The notes: generated from the sequence alone by a model not told the origin. A stretch of DNA of 64,000 bases from a bacterium (GCA_030622545.1 JAUXGA010000011.1:18214-82213); one strand, 5' to 3'. Positions 9,506-19,477 are shown, numbered from the stretch's first letter. Numbers and translations: made by a program.

Positions 9506-10354
9506 ATGTTAGAAAACACCTTCTGCCACATACCGCGGCTGTCGCTGCGCACCGAAGAAAAATTCTGGTCGGAGGGAATCCATGGCTGGCATGCTGCGTT
9601 GAACGTGAGCACACTTCCCGTGGCGCGCGTGAATAAGGATGCTTTACGACGGCATCTCGATGATTCGATTGCGAATCTGAAACTCGGGAATCCGTATTAC
9701 TTCGCAGACCTCCTGCCACCGGGACTGCACTGGAGACTCTTCCCTGAATTTCGCAATAGAATCGCTTACCTCGATATTGAAACCACCGGTTTGTACGGAT
9801 GGCTGGATAAAATCACAACGATTGCTCTCTATGACGGGAAAATCATCCGTCACTACATCCAGGGAGTAAACCTGCAGGAGTTCAAACGGGATATTCAGAA
9901 ATACGATATTCTGGTTACTTATAACGGCAAATGCTTTGATGTGCCTTTCCTGCGCAGCGCTTTGAAAATACGACTGGAGCAAGTTCATATCGACTTGCGC
10001 TATGTGCTGCATGCGCTCGGATTTTCCGGCGGCCTGAAAGCTTGTGAAAAGCAGCTTGGAATCTCCCGAGGCGAACTCGACGGGATCGACGGATTTATGG
10101 CTGTTGCGCTCTGGTCCGATTTCAAGAACAACCGGAATCCACGAGCGCTTGAAACACTCGTCAGCTACAACATTCAGGATGTGCTGAATCTGGAGACTCT
10201 GCTTGTGAAAGCCTACAACCGAAAGCTGAAAGAAACGCCGTTTACTCGAGTGCGCAAACTACCCATGCCTGTCACACCTGAAAATCCATTCCAACCCGAC
10301 CGCGAAACCGTGAACCGCCTGAAATACGAATTCGCGCGGCACTTCGAGCAGTAG
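9506..10354 (+). CDS. RNase-H-like superfamily predicted 3'-5' exonuclease (COG3359/YprB-like) with ~95-aa N-terminal domain of unknown function
   Basis: AYLDIETTGL (DEDD exo motif I), ILVTYNGKCFDVPFL (motif II-like), YNIQDVLNLETLL (motif III-like); 10-nt gap from HAD gene, 3-nt gap to DJ-1 gene. Confidence 0.6.
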   Translation: MLENTFCHIPRLSLRTEEKFWSEGIHGWHAALNVSTLPVARVNKDALRRHLDDSIANLKLGNPYYFADLLPPGLHWRLFPEFRNRIAYLDIETTGLYGWLDKITTIALYDGKIIRHYIQGVNLQEFKRDIQKYDILVTYNGKCFDVPFLRSALKIRLEQVHIDLRYVLHALGFSGGLKACEKQLGISRGELDGIDGFMAVALWSDFKNNRNPRALETLVSYNIQDVLNLETLLVKAYNRKLKETPFTRVRKLPMPVTPENPFQPDRETVNRLKYEFARHFEQ

Positions 10355-10356
10355 AA

Positions 10357-10887
10357 ATGGAGGAACGTATCGTGAAACTTGCTGGTAAAAAAATTGCTGT
10401 GCTTATCGAAGCAAATTATCAGGATATGGAAGCTTGGTATCCGATTTTCCGTTTGCGCGAAGAGGGCGCGGAAGTTTTAGCTATCGGGACAGGCTCCAGC
10501 CCGACGTATGAAGGCAAATACGGCTACCCGATTACCGTGGATTTCAGCGCCGACCAAGTCCATGCCGATGAGTTCGATGGTGTGGTAATTCCCGGTGGCT
10601 GGGCGCCAGATAGATTGCGGCAATACAAAACTGTGCTCGATTTCGTGCGGCATATCTTTGAATCTAAAAAACCCGTTGCTGCGATTTGTCATGGAGGGTG
10701 GGTATTGGCCAGCGCGGGACTTGTTCGCGGCAAACATCTGACAAGTTTCATCGCTATCAAAGACGACCTGAAAAACGCGGGAGCCAACTGGGAAGACAAG
10801 GAAGTTATCGTGGACGGCAACCTCGTCACGTCGCGCCGCCCCGGAGATTTGCCTGCTTTCATGCGCGAGTTCATCCGGCTTTTTTGA
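10357..10887 (+). CDS. DJ-1/PfpI family protein (class I glutamine amidotransferase-like; putative deglycase/protease)
   Basis: KIAVLIEANYQDME...AAICHGGWVL nucleophile elbow Cys; alternative GTG start at ~10372 has a stronger RBS (GGAGGA-N7-GTG). Confidence 0.8.
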   Translation: MEERIVKLAGKKIAVLIEANYQDMEAWYPIFRLREEGAEVLAIGTGSSPTYEGKYGYPITVDFSADQVHADEFDGVVIPGGWAPDRLRQYKTVLDFVRHIFESKKPVAAICHGGWVLASAGLVRGKHLTSFIAIKDDLKNAGANWEDKEVIVDGNLVTSRRPGDLPAFMREFIRLF

Positions 10888-10894
10888 CCCAAGC

Positions 10895-10920
10895 GCACTG
10901 CCGTGCGGCACTACCAGACG
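10895..10920. repeat. Short palindromic repeat, family D (GCACTGCCGTGCGGCACTACCRGAC); copy 1 of 3 in window
   Basis: Near-identical copies at 25302-25327 and 63872-63896; core TGCCGTGCGGCA is nearly self-complementary. Confidence 0.6.
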
Positions 10921-10936
10921 ACCTTCGGACTAAATC

Positions 10937-12640
10937 ATGGACAAGCACGACGCTGCTCAGACACTTCGATTTTACGCGACGCTCTTGGAACTGACGGAAG
11001 AGACACCGTTCCGGGCGCGCGCATATGCCGGAGCGGCTCGCTCGCTGGAAACACTCGACGAACCTTGGGAAGAACTTGCTCGTTCCGGTCGCATCGCTAA
11101 AATCCGAGGTATCGGCAAGGGACTTGCCGCCGCTTTAAAGCAATTCGCAGAGACGCAGGCCTTTCCTGAATTAGATGAACTGCGCTCGCAGGTTCCCGAT
11201 GGCGTGCTCGATTTACTTCGTCTTCCCGGACTGGGCACGAAAAAAGCGCGGGCGCTCTGGCAGAAGCTTCACATTGCGAGTTTAGGGCAGCTTGAATTCG
11301 CCTGCCGTGTCAATCGCCTAATTGACCTTCCCGGCTTCGGCCTTAAGACACAGCAAAAATTCCTTGAAGGTATCGCATTTCTCCGCGCAACCGAGGGACG
11401 TCACCTGCGTCATCACGCGCTTGCGGCTGCCTCTGCATTGGAAAAGAGTTTAAGCAAACTCAGCGGCGTCGAAAAAGTTGTCTTCGCTGGAAGTTTGCGT
11501 CGCGGCAATGAAATTATCGGCGATTTGGATGTTATTGTTCAGGCGAGCGCGGATAAACACGCTGAGTTGCGGGAACAAATTTCGAAGATACTTCAAATCG
11601 AGAAATCCGGCAAAGATGAAATCCTTCGAGGCCGAACGACGGAAGGATTCGAAGTCGAGCTCTCTCTTCACGACGCAGCCTCACTGCCGGTAACGTTGCT
11701 TTTCGCCACAGGTTCCAAAGCACATTTGAATGAGCTGACGCAACTCGCAAAGAAACGCGGTCTCGCTCTTACAAATAAAAACTTGAAGGGACGCATTTCA
11801 ACCGAAGGAGATATTTACCGCCTGCTGGGTATGGCTCCGATTCCGCCGGAGTTGCGTGAAGGTCGCGGCGAAATCAAACGCGCGAGCGACGCTCCCTTTC
11901 CCGAGGCAATTACATCGGAAGATTTGCGCGGCATTCTTCATGTTCATACTACCGCCAGCGATGGACGGTCAACGCTGAAAGAAATGGCTCTCGCCGCGCA
12001 GAAAAGCGGCTTTCAATACCTCGGTATCGCTGATCATTCTCAATCGGCTGCTTACGCCGGAGGATTGACTCCCGAGCGCGTGCGTGAGCAGTGGAAGGAA
12101 ATCAATGAACTGACCAGCGAGCTTGCTCCCTTCCGAATTCTGAAAGGAACCGAGGTAGATATTCTCGCTGACGGTTCCCTCGATTACGATGATGAACTGC
12201 TCGCCGGTTTTGATTTCGTCGTTGCTTCGATTCATTCGGGTTTCCGTATGACCGAAGAAGCGGCGACGGAACGTCTTTGCCGGGCGTTGGAAAATCCGCA
12301 TGTGGATATTTTAGGACATCCGACCGGACGATTACTTTTAGCGCGCGACGGCTATCCCGTCAACATGGATGCCGTTATCAAATGCGCGGCGGCCCACGGC
12401 AAAGCGATTGAAATGAATTCAAGTCCGTACCGCCTCGATTTGGACTGGCGTCACCTGCAAACAGCTCAAGAAGCGGGTGTGCCTGTGCCGTTATGTCCGG
12501 ACGCGCATGATGTGAATGGCCTCGCCGATATTCATATCGGAGTGCAGGTTGCACGAAAGGGGCCGCTTCTGCCTGATGCGTGCCTGTCAACATGGTCGGT
12601 TGATAAATTTTCAGAATGGACAACGTCTCACAATAAATAG
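10937..12640 (+). CDS. polX: DNA polymerase X family (Pol beta-like nucleotidyltransferase + C-terminal PHP phosphoesterase domain)
   Basis: N-terminal HhH/8-kDa-like region, GSLRRGNEIIGDLDVIV (NT catalytic Asp pair), PHP motif ILHVHTTASDGRSTLKEMALAAQKSGFQYLGIADHSQS. Confidence 0.85.
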   Translation: MDKHDAAQTLRFYATLLELTEETPFRARAYAGAARSLETLDEPWEELARSGRIAKIRGIGKGLAAALKQFAETQAFPELDELRSQVPDGVLDLLRLPGLGTKKARALWQKLHIASLGQLEFACRVNRLIDLPGFGLKTQQKFLEGIAFLRATEGRHLRHHALAAASALEKSLSKLSGVEKVVFAGSLRRGNEIIGDLDVIVQASADKHAELREQISKILQIEKSGKDEILRGRTTEGFEVELSLHDAASLPVTLLFATGSKAHLNELTQLAKKRGLALTNKNLKGRISTEGDIYRLLGMAPIPPELREGRGEIKRASDAPFPEAITSEDLRGILHVHTTASDGRSTLKEMALAAQKSGFQYLGIADHSQSAAYAGGLTPERVREQWKEINELTSELAPFRILKGTEVDILADGSLDYDDELLAGFDFVVASIHSGFRMTEEAATERLCRALENPHVDILGHPTGRLLLARDGYPVNMDAVIKCAAAHGKAIEMNSSPYRLDLDWRHLQTAQEAGVPVPLCPDAHDVNGLADIHIGVQVARKGPLLPDACLSTWSVDKFSEWTTSHNK

Positions 12641-12652
12641 ACAAGGTCTCTT

Positions 12653-14020
12653 GTGAATCAATCAGCGCAAACATCTTCCCCACTTATGGTCTCGGTTTCC
12701 GGCGTTCGCGGTATCGTCGGAGAATCACTGACCGTTGACGTGATTCTGGCGTGGGCGCGCGCGTTCGCTCAGGGGAAAGCGCCCGGCCCGATTGTTGTCG
12801 GCGGGGATTCGCGCCCTTCGCGAGTGATGGTGCGCTCGGCGGTTTTTGCGGGCCTATCCAGCGCCGGTTGCCGCGTCGTTGACTTGTGTATTGTCCCGAC
12901 ACCGACTATCTCGATGGCCATCCGGCACCATCAAGCACGCGGCGGCATCGCGATTACCGCCAGCCATAATCCGGCGGAATGGAACGCACTAAAATTCTTC
13001 GGACCGGATGGACTCTTCTTGAGTGATGCTGAAGGCAAAGCGCTGCAAAGTCTGGTGCAATCCGGCAAATTCGATTCCGTACCTGCGCAGAAAATCAGCA
13101 TCATCGAGCCGGACACAAACGCTGTTCAGCGGCATGTTGATGCGATTTGTTCGATTGAGCTTTTGCAAATCGATAAACTGAAAGCTCGCAACTTTCGCGT
13201 GGCGCTCGATACGGTTCATGGTGCGGGGGGAGCGATGCTGCTGGAATTGCTCGAGCAGTTCGGATGCGATGTGGTTCCGTTTCACACAGAACCCACCGGT
13301 CTTTTCCCACGCAATCCCGAACCAACGACGGAAAACCTGCGCGAACTTGGCCGGGACGTCGCGGCGGTGGGTGTGGATATCGGATTTGTCGTGGATCCCG
13401 ATGCCGACCGGCTGGCCGTGCTTCTTGAAAACGGCGAGCCCGCCGGTGAAGAATTGACACTCGTCGCGGCAGCCGATATCGTACTGCGTCACCAGCCTAC
13501 CCCTGTCGTCGCAAACGCCTCCACCACCCGCGCACTCGATGATGTCGCAGCCCGTTATAGCCAAAGTGTCCTTCGAACGAAAGTCGGTGAAGCTCACGTC
13601 GCCGCGAAAATGATTGAAACCGGCGCTGTTATCGGCGGGGAAGGCAACGGCGGCGTGATGTTTGCTCCCGTACACACCGTGCGGGATTCCGGCGTAGGCA
13701 TCGCGCTGATTCTTCAGGCGCTGCTCGAATCCGGCGAAACCGCTTCGCAGCTTTTCGGCTCCTTCCCGCACTACGAATTCGCAAAAGAGCGCGTCGAAAT
13801 GCCTAACCTTTCCGAGGCGCATGCGCGGCTTCAAGCGCTTCCGGATAAAATCAGCTTCGGTGAGCCGGACAAATTGGATGGTCTCAAATGGCATTTCGAA
13901 GATGGCTGGGTGCAAGCACGCCCATCGAATACCGAACCGATTATTCGCGTCTTCGCCGAAGCGCGCACTCGAAAACGAGCGCGGCAGCTCGCAGGTGAAC
14001 TCATCCGGCAACTTAAATAG
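12653..14020 (+). CDS. Alpha-D-phosphohexomutase family (phosphoglucomutase/phosphomannomutase or GlmM-like)
   Basis: VSGVRGIVGESLT..., active-site ITASHNPAEWNALKF (phosphoserine loop TASHNP), VVDPDADRLAV (metal-binding DxDxDR). Confidence 0.8.
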   Translation: MNQSAQTSSPLMVSVSGVRGIVGESLTVDVILAWARAFAQGKAPGPIVVGGDSRPSRVMVRSAVFAGLSSAGCRVVDLCIVPTPTISMAIRHHQARGGIAITASHNPAEWNALKFFGPDGLFLSDAEGKALQSLVQSGKFDSVPAQKISIIEPDTNAVQRHVDAICSIELLQIDKLKARNFRVALDTVHGAGGAMLLELLEQFGCDVVPFHTEPTGLFPRNPEPTTENLRELGRDVAAVGVDIGFVVDPDADRLAVLLENGEPAGEELTLVAAADIVLRHQPTPVVANASTTRALDDVAARYSQSVLRTKVGEAHVAAKMIETGAVIGGEGNGGVMFAPVHTVRDSGVGIALILQALLESGETASQLFGSFPHYEFAKERVEMPNLSEAHARLQALPDKISFGEPDKLDGLKWHFEDGWVQARPSNTEPIIRVFAEARTRKRARQLAGELIRQLK

Positions 14021-14026
14021 TATGAC

Positions 14027-14084
14027 GGCAGGCAGAGCCAGCCGCTAGGATTTGCCCTTACCTACGGGCTGGCTCTGCCCGCCC
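14027..14084. repeat. Palindromic repeat family E (GGCAGGCAGAGCCAGCC ... GGCTGGCTCTGCCCGCC hairpin)
   Basis: 13-bp perfect inverted repeat around a ~24-nt loop; a longer relative with the same termini at 41926-42019. Confidence 0.55.
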
Positions 14085-14148
14085 GATATTGAATGGCAAT
14101 TAATAAAACGATCTGTTCGTAAAAAATTAAAACCGAAAGAGTAGAGCG

Positions 14149-15432
14149 ATGCAACGAACGCTTGGAGTTGTCCTTGGAGGGGGCCCGGGTTCACGTTTAT
14201 ATCCCTTGACGAAATACCGGTCCAAACCTGCAGTGCCGTTTGGAGGTATGTGCCGGTTGATTGATGTCCCTCTGTCGAATTGTCTGAATTCCGGTTTGGA
14301 TCGCATTTTCGTTTTGACCCAATACAACTCGGCTTCCTTGAATCGCCACATTGCGTTAGCTTATAAATTCGACTCGCTGCGCGAAGGCTTCGTCTCGGTA
14401 CTCGCCGCGGAGCAAGCGCCCGACCATTCCGACTGGTATCATGGCAGTGCGGATGCTGTTCGCATGAACCTGCGCCACTTCGATCCCTATAAAGCCAACG
14501 ACATCCTGATTCTTCGCGGCGACCACATCTACCGCATGGATTACCGAACCATGGTTTCGCTCCATCGCCGCCAGCGCGCGGATATTACGATAGCCTGCCT
14601 GCCGGTGCAAGCTGAACAAGCCAAATACTTCAACATCCTCAAGATGAATTCCGAAGGACGAATCATCGACCATCACGGACCTCTGACAAGTTCCGATGAC
14701 GCAAAAGAATGGGCATTGTCTCCCGGTCTCTTCGGTGGAGCGGCCAGTGTCGGGGAAGGGCCGATTTTTCTGGCAAGCATGGGAATCTATCTGTTCCGGC
14801 GCAATGTCCTGCGGGAGATTTTGACCAAGCAAACCGATAAGCATTTCGAACAGGAGATTATCCCTTACACCATCAACCACGTTCGGACTTTCGGTTTTCC
14901 TTTTTCAGATTACTGGGAAGATATCGATTCGGTGCGAGCTTATTTTGATGTCAATCAGGCATTGACCATTCCTGAGCCCAAATTCGATTTTTTTGATCCG
15001 ATACAGCGCGTTTTCAGTCATCCGCGGTTTCTCCCCGGTTCTCACATCGAACAAGTCGATTCGCATCATTCTATTATCTGCCAAGGGTGTCGTATCGAAA
15101 AGGCTCGGCTGGAACGCACTATCGTTGGAGACGGCTCCATTCTACGCGGGGATGTCGAACTGATTGAAACCATTCTTATCGGAGCCGATTACTATGAAAC
15201 CGACAGCGAAATCCGTGAAAATGCGTATCTGAAAAGACCCGATGTCGGCATCGGCGGTGATACTCGTATCCGCCGGGCGATAATCGACAAGAATGCCCGC
15301 ATCGGTGAAGGAGTTCGCATTGATCCGGGAGATAATCTGCCAAATACCGATGGCGACGGCTGGGCGGCTCGCGATGGCATTATCGTTGTCGAAAAAGACG
15401 CCGTTATTCCCGATGGAACAGTACTCCCCTAA
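14149..15432 (+). CDS. glgC: Glucose-1-phosphate adenylyltransferase
   Basis: LGVVLGGGPGSRLYPLTKYRSKPAVPFGG (GGxGxRL NTP-transferase motif), C-terminal left-handed beta-helix hexapeptide repeats; 427 aa typical of GlgC. Confidence 0.85.
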   Translation: MQRTLGVVLGGGPGSRLYPLTKYRSKPAVPFGGMCRLIDVPLSNCLNSGLDRIFVLTQYNSASLNRHIALAYKFDSLREGFVSVLAAEQAPDHSDWYHGSADAVRMNLRHFDPYKANDILILRGDHIYRMDYRTMVSLHRRQRADITIACLPVQAEQAKYFNILKMNSEGRIIDHHGPLTSSDDAKEWALSPGLFGGAASVGEGPIFLASMGIYLFRRNVLREILTKQTDKHFEQEIIPYTINHVRTFGFPFSDYWEDIDSVRAYFDVNQALTIPEPKFDFFDPIQRVFSHPRFLPGSHIEQVDSHHSIICQGCRIEKARLERTIVGDGSILRGDVELIETILIGADYYETDSEIRENAYLKRPDVGIGGDTRIRRAIIDKNARIGEGVRIDPGDNLPNTDGDGWAARDGIIVVEKDAVIPDGTVLP

Positions 15433-15479
15433 ACCATTTTATCTCACACACAGAAATCAACGCAAGGGATTTTGCTTCT

Positions 15480-16835
15480 ATGGTTATAGATTGGATACAA
15501 CGCAAACAGCACGGCGGTGAATTATCGCACGAAGAAATCCGCGACCTGATTAAAGGATTCACGGGCGGGGATATTCCCGACTATCAGATGGCGGCGTTGC
15601 TCATGGCGATTTATTTTCAGGGTTTGAGTGCGGCGGAAGGAAAAACCTTCTTGCAGGAAATGATTGCTTCCGGCGAACGTCAAAACCTTTCACAGATACC
15701 GGGCATTAAAGTCGATAAACATTCCACCGGCGGCGTGGGCGATAAAGTGTCGCTCGTCATCGCGCCGGTCGTCTCGTCACTGGGAGTTCCAATTCCGATG
15801 ATTTCAGGGCGAGCACTCGGACATACCGGCGGAACGCTGGACAAACTCGAATCCATCCCGGGCTTCCGCACCAAACTTTCCGGCGGTGAATTCCGGCGCA
15901 TTTTAGGTGACGTGGGATGCGTCCTCGCCGGACAAAGCGATTCGCTGGTTCCCGCCGACCGCAAACTTTATGCGTTGCGTGATGTCACCAGCACGGTAAA
16001 AATCCCCGAACTTATCGCCGCGTCTATTCTCTCGAAAAAGATTGCCGAGGGAGCTCAGGCTCTTGTGCTCGATGTCAAAATCGGCGAGGGAGGATTTCTA
16101 CCTTACGAAAAAGAAGCGACTGAACTCGCCAAACTGCTTGTGGAATGGGCGGAAGAAAACGGCTTGCGCGCTGTCGCTTTCGGCACCGATATGGAAACTC
16201 CATTAGGGCAAGCCGCGGGTAATGCTCCCGAAATCATCGAAACGCTTAGCCTTCTGAAGGGAGACGCGCCGGAATCTCCTCTATCAAAACTCTGCGAACT
16301 GCAGGGAGCGATGATGATTCAGTTGGGCGGGAAAGCGTCGAATCTGACGGAAGCGCGCGAGCTTTACCGCGAAGCGATTTCTTCCGGCAAAGCGTTTGAA
16401 CAGATGAGGAAAATCGCTCATGCGCAAGGGTGCGCACCGGATGTTTTTGAAGATTTCGAGCAGAAAGTCCAGCCTCAAAACAGAACCACTTTAAAAGCGA
16501 ACCGGTCAGGATACCTGTCGCGCATTCATGCCCAGCAGATTGGATGGGGACTTGTGGATTTAGGTGCGGGGCGAAAACAAGCAAAGGACCCGGTGGATTC
16601 GACAGCGGGAATTTATTTCCTGATTCACGAAGGAGACGAAGTGAAAACAGGCGACACTCTGGCGGAAGTCGTTTGGAGCAATCTGCCGGATGCAACGGAA
16701 CCACTAACTCGCCTTGGGGAAGCGTTTGTGATTTCTGATGCGCCCGTATCACCGCGCTCGCTTGTATCCTTCAAGCAAGACCGTGATGGTTTCTCCAAAG
16801 TAAATGATTTTGAACAACTCTTTACCGACAAATAA
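15480..16835 (+). CDS. Thymidine/pyrimidine-nucleoside phosphorylase
   Basis: YQMAALLMAIYFQGLS..., DKHSTGGVGDKVSLVIAPVV, SGRALGHTGGTLDKLESIPGF are the phosphate- and nucleoside-binding motifs of the TP/PyNP family. Confidence 0.8.
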   Translation: MVIDWIQRKQHGGELSHEEIRDLIKGFTGGDIPDYQMAALLMAIYFQGLSAAEGKTFLQEMIASGERQNLSQIPGIKVDKHSTGGVGDKVSLVIAPVVSSLGVPIPMISGRALGHTGGTLDKLESIPGFRTKLSGGEFRRILGDVGCVLAGQSDSLVPADRKLYALRDVTSTVKIPELIAASILSKKIAEGAQALVLDVKIGEGGFLPYEKEATELAKLLVEWAEENGLRAVAFGTDMETPLGQAAGNAPEIIETLSLLKGDAPESPLSKLCELQGAMMIQLGGKASNLTEARELYREAISSGKAFEQMRKIAHAQGCAPDVFEDFEQKVQPQNRTTLKANRSGYLSRIHAQQIGWGLVDLGAGRKQAKDPVDSTAGIYFLIHEGDEVKTGDTLAEVVWSNLPDATEPLTRLGEAFVISDAPVSPRSLVSFKQDRDGFSKVNDFEQLFTDK

Positions 16836-16857
16836 CCTGCAAGAAAAGGTTGTACAG

Positions 16858-17190
16858 ATGGATGAAGACAAAGAAAGACAGGCTCGGAAAGTTCGCCTGA
16901 AAATCATGCGCCTGCAAAAAGAGATGGCCTCATCACAGCATCATGCCAGTCTTGGCAGTTTCCTTCAGGCAGGCCGCCCGTCCAATATCCGAAATCAAGC
17001 CGAGCGGGACAGGAAACGTCTTGAAGAGGAAATCGCACGCCTGCGCGAGCAGTTAGAAACCTTGACTCCTTCAAAGGAAACACCGGCCAAGAAAAAGGCC
17101 GCTCCGAAAAAGGCGGCTAAAAAGAAAGCTGCTCCCAAGAAAGCAGCTTCGAAAAAAGTGTCTCCCAAAAAGGCGAAGAAATCTCGCTAA
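16858..17190 (+). CDS. Histone-H1-like lysine/alanine-rich protein (coiled-coil N-terminus + KKAAPKK repeats)
   Basis: MDEDKERQARKVRLKIMRLQKEM...EEEIARLREQLETL... then PAKKKAAPKKAAKKKAAPKKAASKKVSPKKAKKSR; resembles bacterial H1-like/AlgP/PhaF C-terminal tails; ORF-track start 16804 overlaps upstream gene, internal Met chosen. Confidence 0.55.
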   Translation: MDEDKERQARKVRLKIMRLQKEMASSQHHASLGSFLQAGRPSNIRNQAERDRKRLEEEIARLREQLETLTPSKETPAKKKAAPKKAAKKKAAPKKAASKKVSPKKAKKSR

Positions 17191-17513
17191 CTGAGATGAT
17201 TCTTCATTTTCTCCACAAATTTCGCTTTGGGAAGAACGCCTACAATCGTCTCAATATGCTGGCCGTTTTTGAAAAAGAGTACTTGGGGGATATTGATAAT
17301 CCCGTAGCGCTGTGCCGTTTTGGGTTCTACGGCAATGTCAATTTCTCCCATCGCGACTTTGTCTCCCCATTCCGGGTGCAACTCCTTTAATAGAGCGTGA
17401 ACTTTTTTGCACGGAGCACACCACTCCGCGCCAAAATCTAAAACCGCCAGCTTGTCGCTGCGCAGCATTGTCTCTTCAAAATTCTCATCGGTTACTGTAA
17501 TCAGTTCCGCCAT
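17187..17513 (-). CDS. trxA: Thioredoxin (WCAPC active site)
   Basis: 108 aa; LVDFGAEWCAPCKKV..., cis-Pro region; size and motif typical of thioredoxin, with Ala replacing the usual Gly in WCGPC. Confidence 0.85.
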   Translation of the reverse strand: MAELITVTDENFEETMLRSDKLAVLDFGAEWCAPCKKVHALLKELHPEWGDKVAMGEIDIAVEPKTAQRYGIINIPQVLFFKNGQHIETIVGVLPKAKFVEKMKNHLS

Positions 17514-17527
17514 TTTCTCTCCTTATC

Positions 17528-19303
17528 CTACAGGTTATTTTCATCCAACAGAGTTAGCACGCTTCCCGCCGATTTGAATCCCGTAAAACGCACAACTTCG
17601 TCACCGGAAGGCCCCAAGAAAATCACGGTGGGCATACCGATGATAGCATACTTCTGTTTCATCTCTTCCACCCACGCTGACGAGCGTGTGAAATCCAGCT
17701 TCAAACGGCTGAAACTGTTCAACCGTTCGACCATTTCCGGCACAACCCACGTCTTCTCGTCCAGTTCCACACACGCAGCGCACCAATCCGCATAAACATC
17801 AATCACAACCGGCTTCCCGGCATCCTGAGCTTCCGTCAGAACATCCGATTCCTCATTGATGCGCCACTCGAGCGCAACGCGCTCCGGCGCTATCGCTCCC
17901 TGGGGAACAAGTCCTCGATACAGATAGATGGCTCCCACGAGAAAAACGATAAGGAACACCGCTTTCCCCAGTCGTTTCCCTGAATCCGCCGACTCGCCGA
18001 GCGAGTCAAATGCTCCCGAAAACACACTGAAGATAACTAACAGCGCGCCCCACAGGAAGAAATAAACGGACGGCGGTATAAGCGAACGCAGCAAAAACAG
18101 CGCAGCTCCCATAAGAATCCATCCGAAACCCTTCTTGATGCCTTCCATCCATTTGCCCGCCTTAGGCAATGCCTGAATCGCTCCGGCAAACGTTCCGATA
18201 ACTAAGAAAAGCATTCCCAATCCGAGCGAAAAGACGAACAGCAGCGCCCATCCCAGAAACAGGCTCTGCGTCTTGGCGACCCACGCAAGTAACGCGACAA
18301 TCACCGGCCCAACGCACGGCGCCATCACGAGTCCCGATACCATCCCCACAAGCAGAGGCCCGAGCAATCCCGTTTTCTTGCCGCTCGATTGCAATTTCCC
18401 TTGCCACGAAGCCGGCAATGCGATTTCAAAAGCACCGAGCATCGAAAAACCCATCACCGCAAAAATCACCGCGACGCCCATCATGATATAAGGCGAACCG
18501 GATACCGACCCGAACAACGTGCCCGTCGCCGCGGAAAGAAGCCCCAGACCGGAATAAATTATCGCGATTCCCAAAACAAAAATCGCCGACAGCCCAAGCC
18601 CTCGAAGGGGTTTCCCAGCACTGCGCGCTCCAATATAACCAATGGTAATCGGAATCACCGGATAGACGCACGGCGTGAAACTCGTCAGGATTCCCCCGAT
18701 GAAAACCAGCAAAAACGCCAACCATGAACCGCGTTCGAGTGCGCCAATCAGTTTGCCTTCGAGACCAGTCTTTGTTTCCACCTCAGCAGGCGGTTCTACA
18801 GCACCGAATGTCTTTTCATTCGCCGGGAATACGCTCGTTCCGGCGGTGACGATTTCGATTTCGAGAGTAATCTGTTTCTCTTCGGGCAGGAAACAGACTT
18901 CATTGCCGAATTCCTGACAAACCTGATAGCCGATTGTCACGGGAAAGCTGCGCAATCCGGGTTCTGCATCGGGCAGGGCGGACACCGAATCGAAGACAAC
19001 GACATCTCCTTGGTAAGCGGTTTCACCCTTGTATTTGACGCCTTTTGGAAACTCCGGCTTACCGAAGTGTAAACCCAGCGTATCCCGAAGATTCACGAAA
19101 AAGAGGCCATATTCGACGTCGGTAAGATGATGGCGGTCAGGAACCTCGAAAACAAAGGCTAATCGCGCTTCACCTTCTGCCGGAATTCCGGTATGGTCAA
19201 ACACGGCCTGAACGGGTACGGGAGGTGCCCCTTCAGGCTGTGCCAGAGCCACGGAAACCGCGAACAGCAATAATGTGCTAAATTTAAAAAGAATTTTCAT
19301 CAA
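17528..19303 (-). CDS. dsbD: Thiol:disulfide interchange protein DsbD (N-terminal periplasmic domain, CcdA-like TM core, C-terminal thioredoxin-like domain)
   Basis: Signal peptide; TM core with CVYPVIPITIG (first of the two TM cysteines); C-terminal ADWCAACVELDEKTW thioredoxin motif. Confidence 0.8.
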   Translation of the reverse strand: MMKILFKFSTLLLFAVSVALAQPEGAPPVPVQAVFDHTGIPAEGEARLAFVFEVPDRHHLTDVEYGLFFVNLRDTLGLHFGKPEFPKGVKYKGETAYQGDVVVFDSVSALPDAEPGLRSFPVTIGYQVCQEFGNEVCFLPEEKQITLEIEIVTAGTSVFPANEKTFGAVEPPAEVETKTGLEGKLIGALERGSWLAFLLVFIGGILTSFTPCVYPVIPITIGYIGARSAGKPLRGLGLSAIFVLGIAIIYSGLGLLSAATGTLFGSVSGSPYIMMGVAVIFAVMGFSMLGAFEIALPASWQGKLQSSGKKTGLLGPLLVGMVSGLVMAPCVGPVIVALLAWVAKTQSLFLGWALLFVFSLGLGMLFLVIGTFAGAIQALPKAGKWMEGIKKGFGWILMGAALFLLRSLIPPSVYFFLWGALLVIFSVFSGAFDSLGESADSGKRLGKAVFLIVFLVGAIYLYRGLVPQGAIAPERVALEWRINEESDVLTEAQDAGKPVVIDVYADWCAACVELDEKTWVVPEMVERLNSFSRLKLDFTRSSAWVEEMKQKYAIIGMPTVIFLGPSGDEVVRFTGFKSAGSVLTLLDENNL

Positions 19304-19477
19304 TCAACCTCGATTTATGAAATAAGGTGTCATTCAATCTTACTCTTTCCCAGCCTCATAGTTCCCTACATTCTTGTCGCCTATCCGCGACAGAGGTCGC
19401 GGGTAGTAAGTACGGTCTGGTGTGCTGCACGAGTGCGCTTGGGTCGGCTGCAAAGCAGTGGGCACCGTGCTAAATTA

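Noticed and set aside
12989-14011. 340-aa minus-strand ORF
   Set aside because: Fully antisense to the phosphohexomutase gene, which has clear family motifs; no motifs of its own.
14356-14880. 174-aa minus-strand ORF
   Set aside because: Antisense to glgC.
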